Shown: in pieces, positions 1 through 11,614 of the stretch | How the letters are laid out: the number at the start of each line of letters is the position of its first letter | Numbering within the stretch: the stretch's first letter is position 1 | Assembly (NCBI GenBank): GCA_003990765.1 | Contig: RBNJ01000304.1 | Span: 1-33,610, forward strand | Source: Jimgerdemannia flammicorona | Taxonomy: Eukaryota | DNA: 33,610 nucleotides | Reading direction: 5' to 3' | Program-made: the position numbers and the translations under genes | Notes under the pieces: model-generated | Databases searched by the model: none | Seen by the model: the letters and a program-made list of their open reading frames with translations, nothing else | What the model was told of the DNA's origin: nothing

Positions 1-1
1 T

Positions 2-455
2 TCCGAAGATGGCAAGGTTGTGGAGCTTCCATCGGGGACTTCGAAACAGACAGCGCGGCTCTCCGTCCCCAAGACAATGGCTCACAATAGTATATGCGAA
101 TGGGACATTGTCGTTGAATCCATTGGACTGCATGGCGTCTGTATGATTGGGCTCGTTGGAGAGGAATTCGCTGATTTTGATATACATCTCAGTCCAGGAA
201 TATTCGTGGGGTTTCTATTCCTCCAGCGACACCAAAAAAACGTTTAGTGATGTAGAATGGGGAAGTGGTAATTATGGCAAACGTATTGAAAATGGTGATA
301 TCATAACCCTGCATTTAAATGCAAATGACCGTACCTGTGCCCTTTCCATCAACGGAATCAATTACGGAATCGCCTGTAGCAATCTACCCGATAAGGTCTA
401 CCCTGCCGTGACCTTATGTAAAGGAAGCCAGTATCGGATAAAAGATCGTCGGTGA
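2..455 (+). pseudogene. C-terminal B30.2/SPRY (concanavalin A-like) domain of a gene starting left of the window; frameshifted near 190-195
   Basis: Frame 2 reads ...CEWDIVVESIGLHGVCMIGLVGEEFADFDIHLS. The SPRY motifs continue in frame 3 as QEYSWGFYSS...YGKRIENGDIITLHLNANDRTCALSINGINYGIACSNLPDKVYPAVTL, ending at TGA 453-455. There is no room for an intron at the frame switch. Confidence 0.7.
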
Positions 456-1271
456 AATTGTGAATGGTCCATATGTATACTCTTAGCTTAGAAATAGTCA
501 CCAAATCCTATTTCATGACATCTTGACATTTTGATGAGTTATTTGTATTTTTTGCAGTAACTAGTCATATCTGTCTTGTTATTCATTATCACTAAGTAGG
601 GCCAATACAAATAGCGTTTGAATGTTGTTATTAAATTTTGTGCTATTTCATTGGATGAAAAGCCTATATTAGAACTCTATATATTTGATTCAGAATCTGG
701 AACGAAATTCATTGCATATATTATTCAGCACAAACTACCCTGACCCATAGGCACTTATTATGGTGCGAAATACCTAGACAAGAAATCCCGTCCCGGATAT
801 ATTATACTATATAGAATAGGTAATTCGAACAACTGGAACCCCGATCTAAATTATCAGCACATATGCGCATTTTCCTGCCTGTTCCCTACGCATCCTTCGT
901 AATTGTTCGGTTAGTTTGCGGCCCAGAGGCCAATTTGACAATGCCAAAAAAGATAACCACTGCATCCGATTGATCAAAATCAAGCGGGGTGCTTGTATTT
1001 TATATCACATGAATTGTCTAAGCAAATAGTGTACATCAGGTCTCGCGGCCCAGACATGGTATCGCTCCACAATATACTCCATTTTCATGTACTGGTAGGC
1101 TTCTCGATATTTGCACATTAAATTCATCGAATGTATGTTCAATAAACAAGTCCATGTGTCGGGTGGCTTACCGTAGAAATGGCTTCTTTAGAATATGGGG
1201 CAGTTGGAACGATATTGTGCGCAATGGCTGTGGCTACAGGTCTTGCAATATGGAATGGTAGTCCTTTCTTG

Positions 1272-1274
<3 letters not shown>

Positions 1275-1306
<32 letters not shown>
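1275..1306. repeat. Poly(T) homopolymer, 32 nt (poly(A) on the minus strand)
   Basis: Direct reading of the sequence. Confidence 0.95.
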
Positions 1307-1307
<1 letters not shown>

Positions 1308-1404
1308 TCGCTGTTATGCACGTTCGCGGAATGGTTTCATTTATCGGAAAAGAGCCAGTTACTTTTACATTTCTTTGGCCCATAGCTCAGTACTCTAACT
1401 GTGA

Positions 1405-2235
1405 TCAAAGCCTGTTATTAAATATGTTGGCTGATTGCCTAATTACAAAGCGACAGAGCTTGAGGCGTGTGCGGCGCAATAGGCAAGGGACTGGTTCGTG
1501 AGATTGGTGGCCTGGATGAGTTCGAGTGTGTCGAGGTGCGGCAGGTGTCAATGAGGTGGAAGAGCGAATTTTCGAAAATGTCTGGTGGCGGTGGTGTCTC
1601 AACGTCAGATTCTTGAGATTACGGTAAGATTGAAGAGTTCCCATACTACTTCGACAGAAGTCAGAGCAACCGGATACAACAAGCCACGTAAAATCCGGTT
1701 GCCAATATTCCAAGCCTTGTTTCAATAGATCGGACATAATGCGTATTTCCGATAGACAAAGTTCTCGCAGGTTCGGAAGGATGAAAATGCCGTCGTATTT
1801 CGTTACCGGAATGGCTTCGTGTTCATGAATATACTTTCTATTCAGCCGGAGGGTCTCAAGTGACTCGGGGAGGTTTCTGAGTGTAAAATCTACAGTGAAT
1901 GAAAAGGCACCATCGGGACCCCCAAAAACGCAAGATACTGCAAAATGCACAAGTAAGGCTCTTGAGGTTATTTCTGCTCATCGAAGGGGAGAAATAGATT
2001 TCAGTGTGCCGAACCTGGAATGGACAGAAAATTATCGTAATGTAGTGGACCAGGGCCGTGGTGGTGACATTCCAATATTTCTCGTTGCCATGCCAGGCCC
2101 ACTGTTCGACGTTTCAAATGTGGTGGTCAATGATTTGAGAGTCACCCCCAATTCCAATCGCAGGTGGGCTGGACAAACTGGTCCACGGGTGCCAAAATTG
2201 TGCCGGGAATTCGTGTGATATTGGATTGCCTTCAA
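1405..2235 (-). pseudogene. LRR/RNI-like (F-box-associated type) protein remnant
   Basis: ORFs 2235-2032 and 1950-1405 are in the same frame, separated by TAA (2034-2032) and TGA (1980-1978). They carry LxxLxL motifs: LPESLETLRL, LPNLRELCL, RNLKNLTL. Confidence 0.5.
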
Positions 2236-3213
2236 TCAGTACACAGCCTTGCAGATGGGCGAAGCAGATGATGGTGAGTGTGAAAGTGTGTTCTGTATCA
2301 CGGATTTTTAAGGGTTGGTTTCGAATTTTGTGCGAGAAATCTAATTCTCCCCCTTCTTTTTTTATTTCTTTTAATTTTTTGTTGTGCGATCTATATCGAG
2401 CTCTCAAGTGTCTCCTGCATACAATTGTCTACGAGGACCACCCGGCCTCTCCACGACCCCGGAATAAAAAATACTGCCGATGAATATATTTTGGAACTGG
2501 TAGTCATTTGAATGTTCGTGCATGTATCTCGATATCTACACTTCAATGAATCAATGGTGATTACAAATACATAGTCAACATGTAATTTCCATAAAGTGTA
2601 ATAGATTTTATGTTTATTACAACCACCCATTCCAATAATACTCACATCGCACAAATGACCCACCCGATTCCTGTAATAATGGTGGCCGTAAGTGTGCTAG
2701 TAACCGGGCAGCTGGTGGGTAGGTAAGATAATGTGTAATTTCTTTTCGACTGAAACCCTTGTTCATTCATATCTGGCAGTAAAAATACTTTTAAATACAT
2801 ATATTTGTGATATAAAATGATTGGGATGACGTGATAAAGATATACGAACTGCTTTCACCTGCCGAGCGCAAGATTTTCACACTTGCGCTGCGTCGGCTCA
2901 AGTTTCGGATGAACAGGTGAACAGAACTTCCGCGACCACAGATGTCCTATGGAATGAATATATTTTGGAACATTTACGTCGGATACTATACATCCCAATA
3001 TGATCCCAAACAGACTCATCACAGTTTGGAATGGGCTGGAATGGCTTCTCATCATCATTTAAACGAAATGGTTTATTCACAATTAGACTGAAGTTTGTTA
3101 ACTGCTAAACTAGTGCCCCTCTCATTGCATGATATAGAAAATTGTGACGCTTCTCAAAATGATATTTGCAAAGTTGGCCTATCGCTGTAGCGATCCTGCC
3201 TTAATTTCCATCC

Positions 3214-6200
3214 TCATTTTTTGACTAGTTGCTCGAAGAATTCAATTATGGTTGCCGCATGAGCTTGCAACTTATATTCGGCAGCCCTGAAATGATTTTA
3301 AAGGATAATTACATTAAGCAAAATGGAAAACTGAATTCAACGGGATTTTATATTACTTACTCTCTATCAGAAATCTCCTTCTGAAAGCAAATAATGTCTC
3401 CATCTTGAATTTCCGACTGCTGGAACGTCGCTCTTGTCGTCATGGCCTTAATCACGCTGGGTTTGAGTTCCTTTAATTTGGAATATATCAATTGTTGAAG
3501 GATTGCTTAACAATATTATGGACCCCTTCACACACATCAAAATTATTTATCATTTCATTAGCTTACCTCGAACAATTTCAGAGTAGTATTTGATGGAAAC
3601 CCCTTCTTCGCGTTTAAGATTGGGATGATATCGCGAACCTTCCTATTCCGCTTCACATAGAGCTTGCCGCAACCCCTATTGATACACATTTCCGAGGCAA
3701 CATCTGATTAAGGTCTTTGGTATCACTAAAGCAAAGCAGCAAAATCAAAACAGAAAAGCTCTACCAACTCAATCATCTGTGTCTTTGGATCAAAGTACTT
3801 GATAAATATCATCAGAGATGGGCTGGAGAGTTTGCCACCAATGGGCATGTCAATCTCCTCGAGATAGAGTCGTAGGGTGCTCTGGTTGGCATTCATTTTG
3901 GTATGTATGACTTCCATGGCTATATATAAACAAGTGGGTTTAAAAATATTATATTAGTAAAGGCATTTTATGGCACCGGAAACCAAAGCCAGATATCTGT
4001 TTAAATTTGGATGAAACCCCAATAAAATAAAATAAATATTCCAATGCTCACATGAACTAGCTTCAGTCTCTGGGATCGGTTGGTCAGGTCTCACCGTTCG
4101 ATTTTGTCGGTTGGCAAGAATCCATAGCCTAAATCTGTTAATCGAGATCTGGAAATGGTCTGCGACTGATTGTTTGAATACTGCGAACGGCTCCTCCCTC
4201 TTTACGCAGAAGGATGGAATTTCTGACTGCATTGTTATATCGTCGAAATTCGCCAGATCGAAACCTTGATGCACCTTGAATGTTTCGTCCGTTACGATCT
4301 GGAGCAAATGGTCGCAAATGTAATAGATATTGTAGCAGAGAAACCGTAAGTTACACGACCACTGGTGAACGCAGCTCACCTGGGCCGTCAGATGCGTTTT
4401 GATTTGTTCTTGCATACGCCTGTCCCTTTCCCGAAGGGCCTTCTCCTCGTCAAGATGTATTTCTATAGTAAATAGTTTTGAACACAATAAAAGTTGTGTA
4501 ATGCGACACTCATGTGTTTTTCTGTATCATTTTTGCTTTTGTTGCTTGATCAAGTTCCCCGAGCAAACGAAAGAATAAGAATAAAAAATAGAAAAATAAA
4601 CGATACGCACTTATATGGGGTGGAATATCACCCGGTGACATCGGTGCGAGCATCTCATCGACGTCGGACTCACGAATATACACAAGTACGTACGCGTTTG
4701 TAAACCTTTCTTTTGCCGCCATTTGTGGTCGTCGGGCAATGAGTTGGTTGGCGTTGAGTGCCTCACCCCCATAATTAGCCTCAAACACCTCACGGTCCGT
4801 TACAGGCGTGACACGGTGACATTCGTATTTGAACCACTTGTTATCCTTTTCGGGCTTCAGAAAAGCAAAGTATTGACCACTGTTGAGATCACCACTATGT
4901 ACAATGACGCTGAATATGACAGAGTGAAATATCATCAAAAGTCTGTATACAAATAATATGCGGGGTGTTGTCATTGACAGTAGGTTTCTGATGGAGCACT
5001 CTTACCCATGAAGGAGATATTTGTGCGGTCTGCTTCTGTCAGCGATCGGAGAAAGGAACTCCTCGAGATCGATCTCAGGTGGAAATTCATGACGGTCATT
5101 AATCTAAGCACAAACGGCATGGTTAATTCCTTTCAGAATTCGAGGCTAAGTGTCTATTATGCAGGAGCAACCATATCATGGACCCACCTTGACCACAACA
5201 TCCCTTGAAATATCATATTCAAACCGCTTTAGTTGTACATAGAGTACGGGCGGGAAGCTCTCGAAATAGACACCCCTCTTGACGTCTTGCAAACCGTGGT
5301 CTCCGATCTGTTGCTTCTCCACGAACTCAGCCACAAACTTCACGAAAGATTCATAGAGGTTTTTGCACCCCTTTACGTCGAGAAGAATGTCTAATAAATT
5401 GCGAAATCAAAAGAGTCAAGAATCAATATTCGTCTGCGTCGGTGATTCGAAAGCAGTGCTTTCCTAGTTTACCATAATAATCCTCCACGCGCGAGAACTC
5501 ATAATCGGTGCTGATTCCTTTGCCATAAGTCTTCATCTTGCCGACGAATAGTTTCTTCATGTCGCCATCGGCCGGCGTGTTCTAAAAATGGCAGGAATCT
5601 CGTCAAATAGACTTATTGTAGCAAAGAACCTGATATCGACTTGCCCAATAACGTAGCATTTACTACTCACCTTCATTTTCGACTCCAGGTTTTCCCGTAA
5701 AGCTCGGTTAAACTCTAGAAAGTCGCGCTCCATTGATGTGTCGAGAGAGTCCCACCCGAAACTCCCTGTCAACTCCGTTGTGTCTAATCATACATAAGCA
5801 TTCCAGAATCGTTCTTCGTTAGCCAAAAAGCCAAGCTGATTCAAAATTTCCCCTACATTTAAATGATACTCGCTGCCTCATACAAGCCATTCCAGCGCCC
5901 TTCCCTGTACTTGGCATCCTAGGGCCTACCTACCAACAGCTACTTCCGAGAACTGGAGATTATAAAACACGCGCTGCAGTGCCAAGGCAACGTTCTTTGT
6001 GGGTACGTCGGATTCCGTTGGGATCTTGTAGACAGATCTACGAAAGTATTTTATCATATATAAACATTGCACGGCCGTGTTCAAGTAACCGGTCGCTCCC
6101 TGGTTTATGAGACCGACAAAACCGGTGACCTTTTTGGAGTCGTAGCTAGATAAGACAATTGCAAACAATCAGCTTCATTTACAAATGCAAGGAATGGATT

Positions 6201-7770
6201 CGCTACAATTTCCCACACGGCACACTCACTTGATAAAGTTGTGCCACAGTACCCCAGTAGGGTCTTTCATGATCCGCACGAAAGCTGAAATGACTGTCTG
6301 GTCATCGTCAATCAAGGGAAGTGAGCGCCCATCATTCGGCTGAAACATCATGTTGATATCATAGAATCGGGTGAAACCCCAGTCGGGCTCGTCAGCACAA
6401 AATCGATTGTGAGCATTACGATGCATCCGTTGGGTCGGATCGAACGGGTTAGACATCACCAACGCGAACTGAGCGCACGAATGTTTTCCCTGCTCGGACG
6501 GCCCGGGGTCAGCGAATTGAAGATACATGGAGGTACTCTCTTTCTGGTTGTTACCAAGAGGGAAAAGCAGAATATTCCTGCATGTGTGGGATAAAAGGTT
6601 GAAACCCCAGTTGAGAATGCAAAGTTTGGCCTGATAGTTTGAGTGCGAATACATAGAGAGGTAAAGCATGCATACCATTTCCAACCGCCCGCCTCAAATT
6701 CCGGGCTGAGCACCCTCCCTGTTAAGGCACGCCAACTTTCGATTTTCCAGTGGAAGGCTTGAAAATCTTCTACGTCGTGATCTAGGTCGGGCAGTATCTG
6801 ACGCGTAGGGCATACGGTGTTCTTACAGGCGTGATAGCAATACGCCCTGTAGTGCGGAGATGTTTCCGCAAACGTGTCAACTGTCTCCGTAAAGGTCTTG
6901 AGTCGATTCGGACAAACAAGTGTGAGGTCGAAGTGGCTCATCATTTTCAGCAACAAGGCGCGTGATGCGCCGTCTCCTTGCCAGAGTGTCCCAGCGCGTC
7001 CCGCAACCATATCGTTAATGTCATGCAGAACTGCACGGCGTTTCAAAGCTGACGGCGCGTTCTCGTTGCGTCGCCAGAACCAGTGAACGACGCACAACAA
7101 TAGGTCATGCTCGGGTGTGGGAAGAATGGCTGACTCGGTGAGGAGCAGCTCGAGGGACTCTTCAGATAGGTCGGACAGCTCACCAATGGCAAGTTTGTGA
7201 GAGCAGAAGGGGTTGAGGAGCACGTCGTAGAGGTCCTTGCTGGCTTCGCTCCAGGGGATGGCAGCGACAGCTTCGTTTAGAAGCGATGAGGCGAAACCAG
7301 AAGTAACGAGGTCTTGCGCGCGCTCCAGCACTATCTCCATGAGCTTTTGAAGAAGAAGAAAGCTTGCTGCGTGGTATATTCCTACCGCGATGGAAATGGT
7401 GACAGTGTTGTCGATGGTTTCGGTGTGAATGAAGCCGAGGACAATGTTGAGCACCGTGGAGGTGATGTCGTTGAGGGTTACGCGATGAGAATAACCCTCT
7501 CGCATGTTTCCGTACAGCATCGCCTTAAAGACTGGGCATCTTTTAAGAGATTACATAATATTAAATGTGTGTAAAATGTGTAGAAACCGACGGACACAAT
7601 TAAACTGTACAAAATAGAAATCAGACATACCTTGAAGCCAGTACTGCACGGCATGCGCCAAGCTCGACTCCGTCAGCGCAGACGATGGTCACATCATGGT
7701 AAGTTGGGTCTTTCCAGATGGAGGCGATGTCGTCCCTGAGATTAAGACCGCTGTCGCATTGTACGACCAT
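3214..7770 (-). CDS. BTB/POZ-BACK-MATH-USP-UBL fusion protein: Ubp15/USP7-like, predicted catalytically inactive, ~1052 aa, 15 exons
   Basis: Exons: 7770-7631, 7539-6676, 6577-6230, 6145-5934, 5783-5671, 5581-5473, 5390-5188, 5103-5006, 4909-4611, 4462-4380, 4298-4052, 3919-3769, 3675-3567, 3470-3361, 3286-3214. All introns are GT..AG and the total of 3159 nt is in frame. BTB: YHDVTIVCADGVELGACRAVLASRCPVFKAMLYG. MATH: SPEFEAGGWKWNILLFPLGN...DWGFTRF. USP boxes: YDSKKVTGFVGLINQGAT, SFGW, LKRFEYD, VHSGD, NAYVLVYIR. UBL-like: RQNRTVRPD, IFIKYFDP, EIQDGDIICFQK. Confidence 0.88.
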
Positions 7771-8059
7771 GTTTATAAAGGCGAAATAAAGAGGTTTGGT
7801 TGTGATGGATGTGGTTTGACTGCGGCAATTTTACAGTGCATGATATCTAGTCACGACATAAACCTTAAATTTTCTCAGAGCAGCCACGTAGTGATTTTTT
7901 ATAATGACTGCAGTTCCGTCAAAATTCTGCCAGCATCCTCATCATCCAATTCTCTTGCCTGTATTATGTTGCTGAGATTTATCATCTTTACCCATTTGCC
8001 ATCTTTCTTTTGCCCTACATTATCTTCTCTTCACTATCCACTATTTTCTCTTAATTATT

Positions 8060-8450
8060 TTACTAAGATCTCTCTTCACTCACTGTCTTCACTGATATTC
8101 TCCTTTGCTATCTTTATGTCTTCACTGAGACCCCTCTTTGTCATCTTCACTATCTTTACTGATTTGTTATTTTTACTAATTTATAATTTTACTAATTTGC
8201 TATCTTTACTAATTTACTATTTTTACTACTATTTTTACTAATTTACTATCTTTTTAATATGTTATCTTTTAATATAATTCTTTTTATTATCTTTATAAAT
8301 ATTATTTTTACTAAAATTCTCTTTGCTATCTTTACTAATTAATTATTTTTACTAATTTACTATCTTTATTAATTAAATATTTTTATTAATTTTAATTTAT
8401 TATTTTACTAATTTATTATTTTTACTAATTTTCTGTGTTTTTACTAATTA
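8060..8450. repeat. Degenerate ~18-bp tandem array (TCTTCACTGATTTGCTA-like, decaying to TTTACTAATTTACTAT)
   Basis: Recurring tttactaat/ttcactgat units at about 18-nt spacing, with G+C content falling from left to right. Confidence 0.55.
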
Positions 8451-10652
8451 ATATCTCAACATATCACTATTAAAAAGATAATAATAAAATACTTTAAAAA
8501 TAAAAAATAAAAATAAAAATAAAAAAAAATAAAGTAACTAAAGATACTAAAGAGTAAAAAAAGATCTTAACTAAAAGTGAGATTGATGAAAAATTAGATA
8601 AAGAGAATATTTAATATATAAATAAAAAAGACTTTTAACTAAGATAAACTCTATTAAATCCATAAAGAAATATTATTTATATAAATATTATACTAATTTA
8701 TCTCAAGTTTCAAAATTTTACCAAAAAGTATAAAAAAGTAATCTAAGATCAAAAATCTAAATATTAATATATATGTATATATTATTTTTATTAAGAGCTT
8801 TAGAAATATCATTATAAATTACTATATAATTATCCATATTATATACATATCTTTATTAAGAGTTTTATTAAAGACTTTAGAGATTTTATTATTAATTTTT
8901 ATACTATTATCTATATTATATTTATTAGGAGTTTTATTAAAGATTTTCATTATTAAATTCTTTATTATTATTTATATTATCTTTATTAAACCCCTCCGAA
9001 ACTTTATTATTAATATATATATATATATCTATATTATTATATAAGCAGACTTAGCTAAGACTACTGATTAATAAATATAAAAATATCTCAAATATATATA
9101 ATTATATTAAATATAAGTATTATAAGTTTTAATATTAGTAAATATATTTAATATTTTATTTCAAATTGATATTATTAGATATTATAATAAGTTAGTAGAG
9201 AAATATACCAAGTTACTATCTAAATTAATTACTATAATTTAGCTATATACTATATTAGATATACTAGACAACTAGAACTACTCTATTATATCAATATATA
9301 TAAATAACTCAGATAGCTAAATAAGAGTACAAAGTATTCCTAGCTGATATATTATATTCAAATTCCAGATTAATATTTTGAGCTAGTATACTAAATCAGA
9401 ATTTGAGATATGTTTTTAATAGAAAAAGCTAAATATTGCCAAAAATAGTTAGATATATAACTATACTAGTATACCATATTTAGTCGTAGTCTCAAATATA
9501 TATAAATACTCTCTATACTGAGTATATTATAACCTTAGCTCCACTTTTTTCAAATATAAGAATAAAGCAGTATTCCTATTATAAGAAATCCTCAGATCTA
9601 ACTTGTTAATAATTCTGAGCCTAATTAACTTAAAATACAAGTACAGTTCTCTTACTAATATAAGAATTTAAAAACAATATCTGGACTCTGCTGCAATAGG
9701 TAATTGAAACTCAGTACTTCTTTAAGAACTCAGAACTTAGGGCTGAAAGTTGTCTTTAACTCTCAGTAATATATTAATTTTATCAATATATAGTTTTATT
9801 ATAACTTATTAATATACTCTATACTATAGTCAGAGATAAGTTCTTCAAGAGATCCATATCTGAGTATGAGACTATAGAGGAGGCTAATGATAGTTAGAGT
9901 ATCAGTAATTTCTATTGAAAATACTTTAGACCATTTAATTAGATATTTAATAAATACTAGAATATATATACTATTTTGAGTAATTATAACTACTAATAAA
10001 AAATTATATTGGAATTTCTATTGAAATTTCCAGAGACTTATAGATATATATAATAATTTATTATATCCTTCTCTTCTTTGCTTAAGTCTACTCAGTACTA
10101 AACTTTAAATATTCATTAAACTGAAAAGTAGTATACTAGACTACAAGTAAAACAATTTTACTCTATTATTTATCACTCAAATTAATAATTTTCTTCAGGA
10201 GATATTTTATAAAGATGGTCAAGGACTTGGGGTCAGATACAGAAAAGAATATAGAGTTATTTAGCAACTATATAAATATAGTTGTCAATAAAAAGATGAG
10301 CTTATTATTTGATAGTACTGAGGGTAGCTTGTTGATAGATAAGATATCCTATCTTATATATAGTACTTCTTAAGTTCTTATTAATAGAGAAAAGCCTGGA
10401 AATATTATATCTTTTTAAGATATTATTAGGCTTCATTTGGATCAGAATATCCAGAGATTCATATATTAACAAATTATAGTTTAGTGGAGTTTTATTGATA
10501 TTTAATTACTTTAAAGATAGTAGTAGTAATCTAATTCTTAATTTATTCTTAATGTTATTACTGAGTATTCATATTAAGAGAGTGAGTTATTTATATAGAA
10601 TTGTTTTAGAATATTTATACTTCTTTTTACTAGAGTGATTTAGAGATATAAC
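8450..10652. mobile_element. Highly AT-rich decayed transposon relics; 9460-9810 is a copy of the family at 31735-32080 in the opposite orientation
   Basis: Almost no CpG, TpA-rich, no ORFs. 9721 tttaagaactcagaacttag matches the reverse complement of 31801 cttaagttctgagttcttga, and the similarity extends about 350 bp. Confidence 0.55.
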
Positions 10653-11114
10653 TGTTGTAATGTAGCAGATGCTTACTCTTGAAAGTACGTTGGATTTCTG
10701 TATCTTGAAAACTTGACCGTTCTGACTCTTGCAGAGTCTCTTGAAGTTGTAGGGAAGGGTGGGTGAGTTCAAAGTATATCTGCCCACAGGCTTACTAGTT
10801 CCTTTACTATCTCTTTGCTTTTGAACTATTTCGATCTGAGGTTTATTCACTCAAAGATACTGGGTTATTTATACAAGTTTGCTAGCTATGAGAGGGTGGC
10901 TAAGTAATAAATGAGTCATTTGGACTTTGTCGAAACATTTGGACAATGTCTAAATGCTATACTAAATCGGAGTGTTCGATTTGGATAATGTCTAAAAATT
11001 TAGACAATGTCGAAATTGAGGACTGCTGACTATAAGGCTATACTACTTTGGGAATGGGTGTGATCAAGTATCTATTCCCTATTTCCTTCTTCCAAATTTG
11101 GCTATACCATCACA
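10653..11114 (-). repeat. 3' LTR (462 bp, TGT...ACA)
   Basis: Direct repeat of 16883-17344 with 23 mismatches. On the minus strand it has a TATA-like TATAAATA at ~10866-10873 and repeated TTGGACAATGTC-type motifs at 10919-11015. Confidence 0.95.
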
Positions 11115-11614
11115 ACTTCCTCCTGAATAGATGGTCTCATCTCTGAGGCATCTTATTCAAACTCTCAGGCTTCAACTGTCTGTATGGTTTTGTACTGCTC
11201 AATTTGCTACATGACCATCTCCCAATGATGTCTTCTCACTTTCTCAAAGTCAGTGGGGGTTACTCCTCTCAGGTGGTCTATCACTGCTTCATCTTCTTGG
11301 AATAACTTGTGGATCCTTTTGGTGATAGTGATCTGTGAGTGGGAGAGTTAATACTCGGCAATTCAGTCCTCTTTGGTCTTTGCTGGATCCTGATTGAGCA
11401 CCTGTCCAAGCTTGAAGTACTCTTGAAATTCTGCCCAATATTGATAGGCTCTAAAGTGTGAGATCTGAGAGAGATGAGTCTGTACAATACTCTGAATATT
11501 CTCATAGTATGCCTCTATGGTCGGAGGCTCAGTGGTATGCCATTGTCTTTTGATGGCTCTTTGGGCAGCACTAGTGATCTTGAGTGCCATCACAGTACTT
11601 TTGTTACTGGCCAT
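11030..11614 (-). pseudogene. Accessory ORF3 of the Gypsy element (env position, unknown function), extending into the 3' LTR
   Basis: One frame from ATG 11614, directly after IN, interrupted by stops that almost all revert to CGA/CAA/CAG. The translation includes QEYFKLGQVL...ITITKRIHKLF...IDHLRGVTPTDF. Confidence 0.7.
11115..11124 (-). promoter_or_regulatory. Polypurine tract
   Basis: Minus strand reads AGGAGGAAGT immediately before the 3' LTR TGTG. Confidence 0.75.

Noticed and set aside
1037..1385. Possible small exons of a membrane protein (MASLEYGAVGTILCAMAVATGLAIWNG)
   Set aside because: No recognisable family and no consistent gene model; the poly-F/poly-K ORFs come from the T tract.
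2855..3080. Short minus-strand ORFs as further exons of the USP gene
   Set aside because: They lie after the in-frame stop at 3214 and show no Ubp15 similarity that I can see.
7696..8241. 181-aa plus-strand ORF
   Set aside because: It is antisense to exon 1 and the promoter of the BTB-USP gene and runs into low-complexity repeat.
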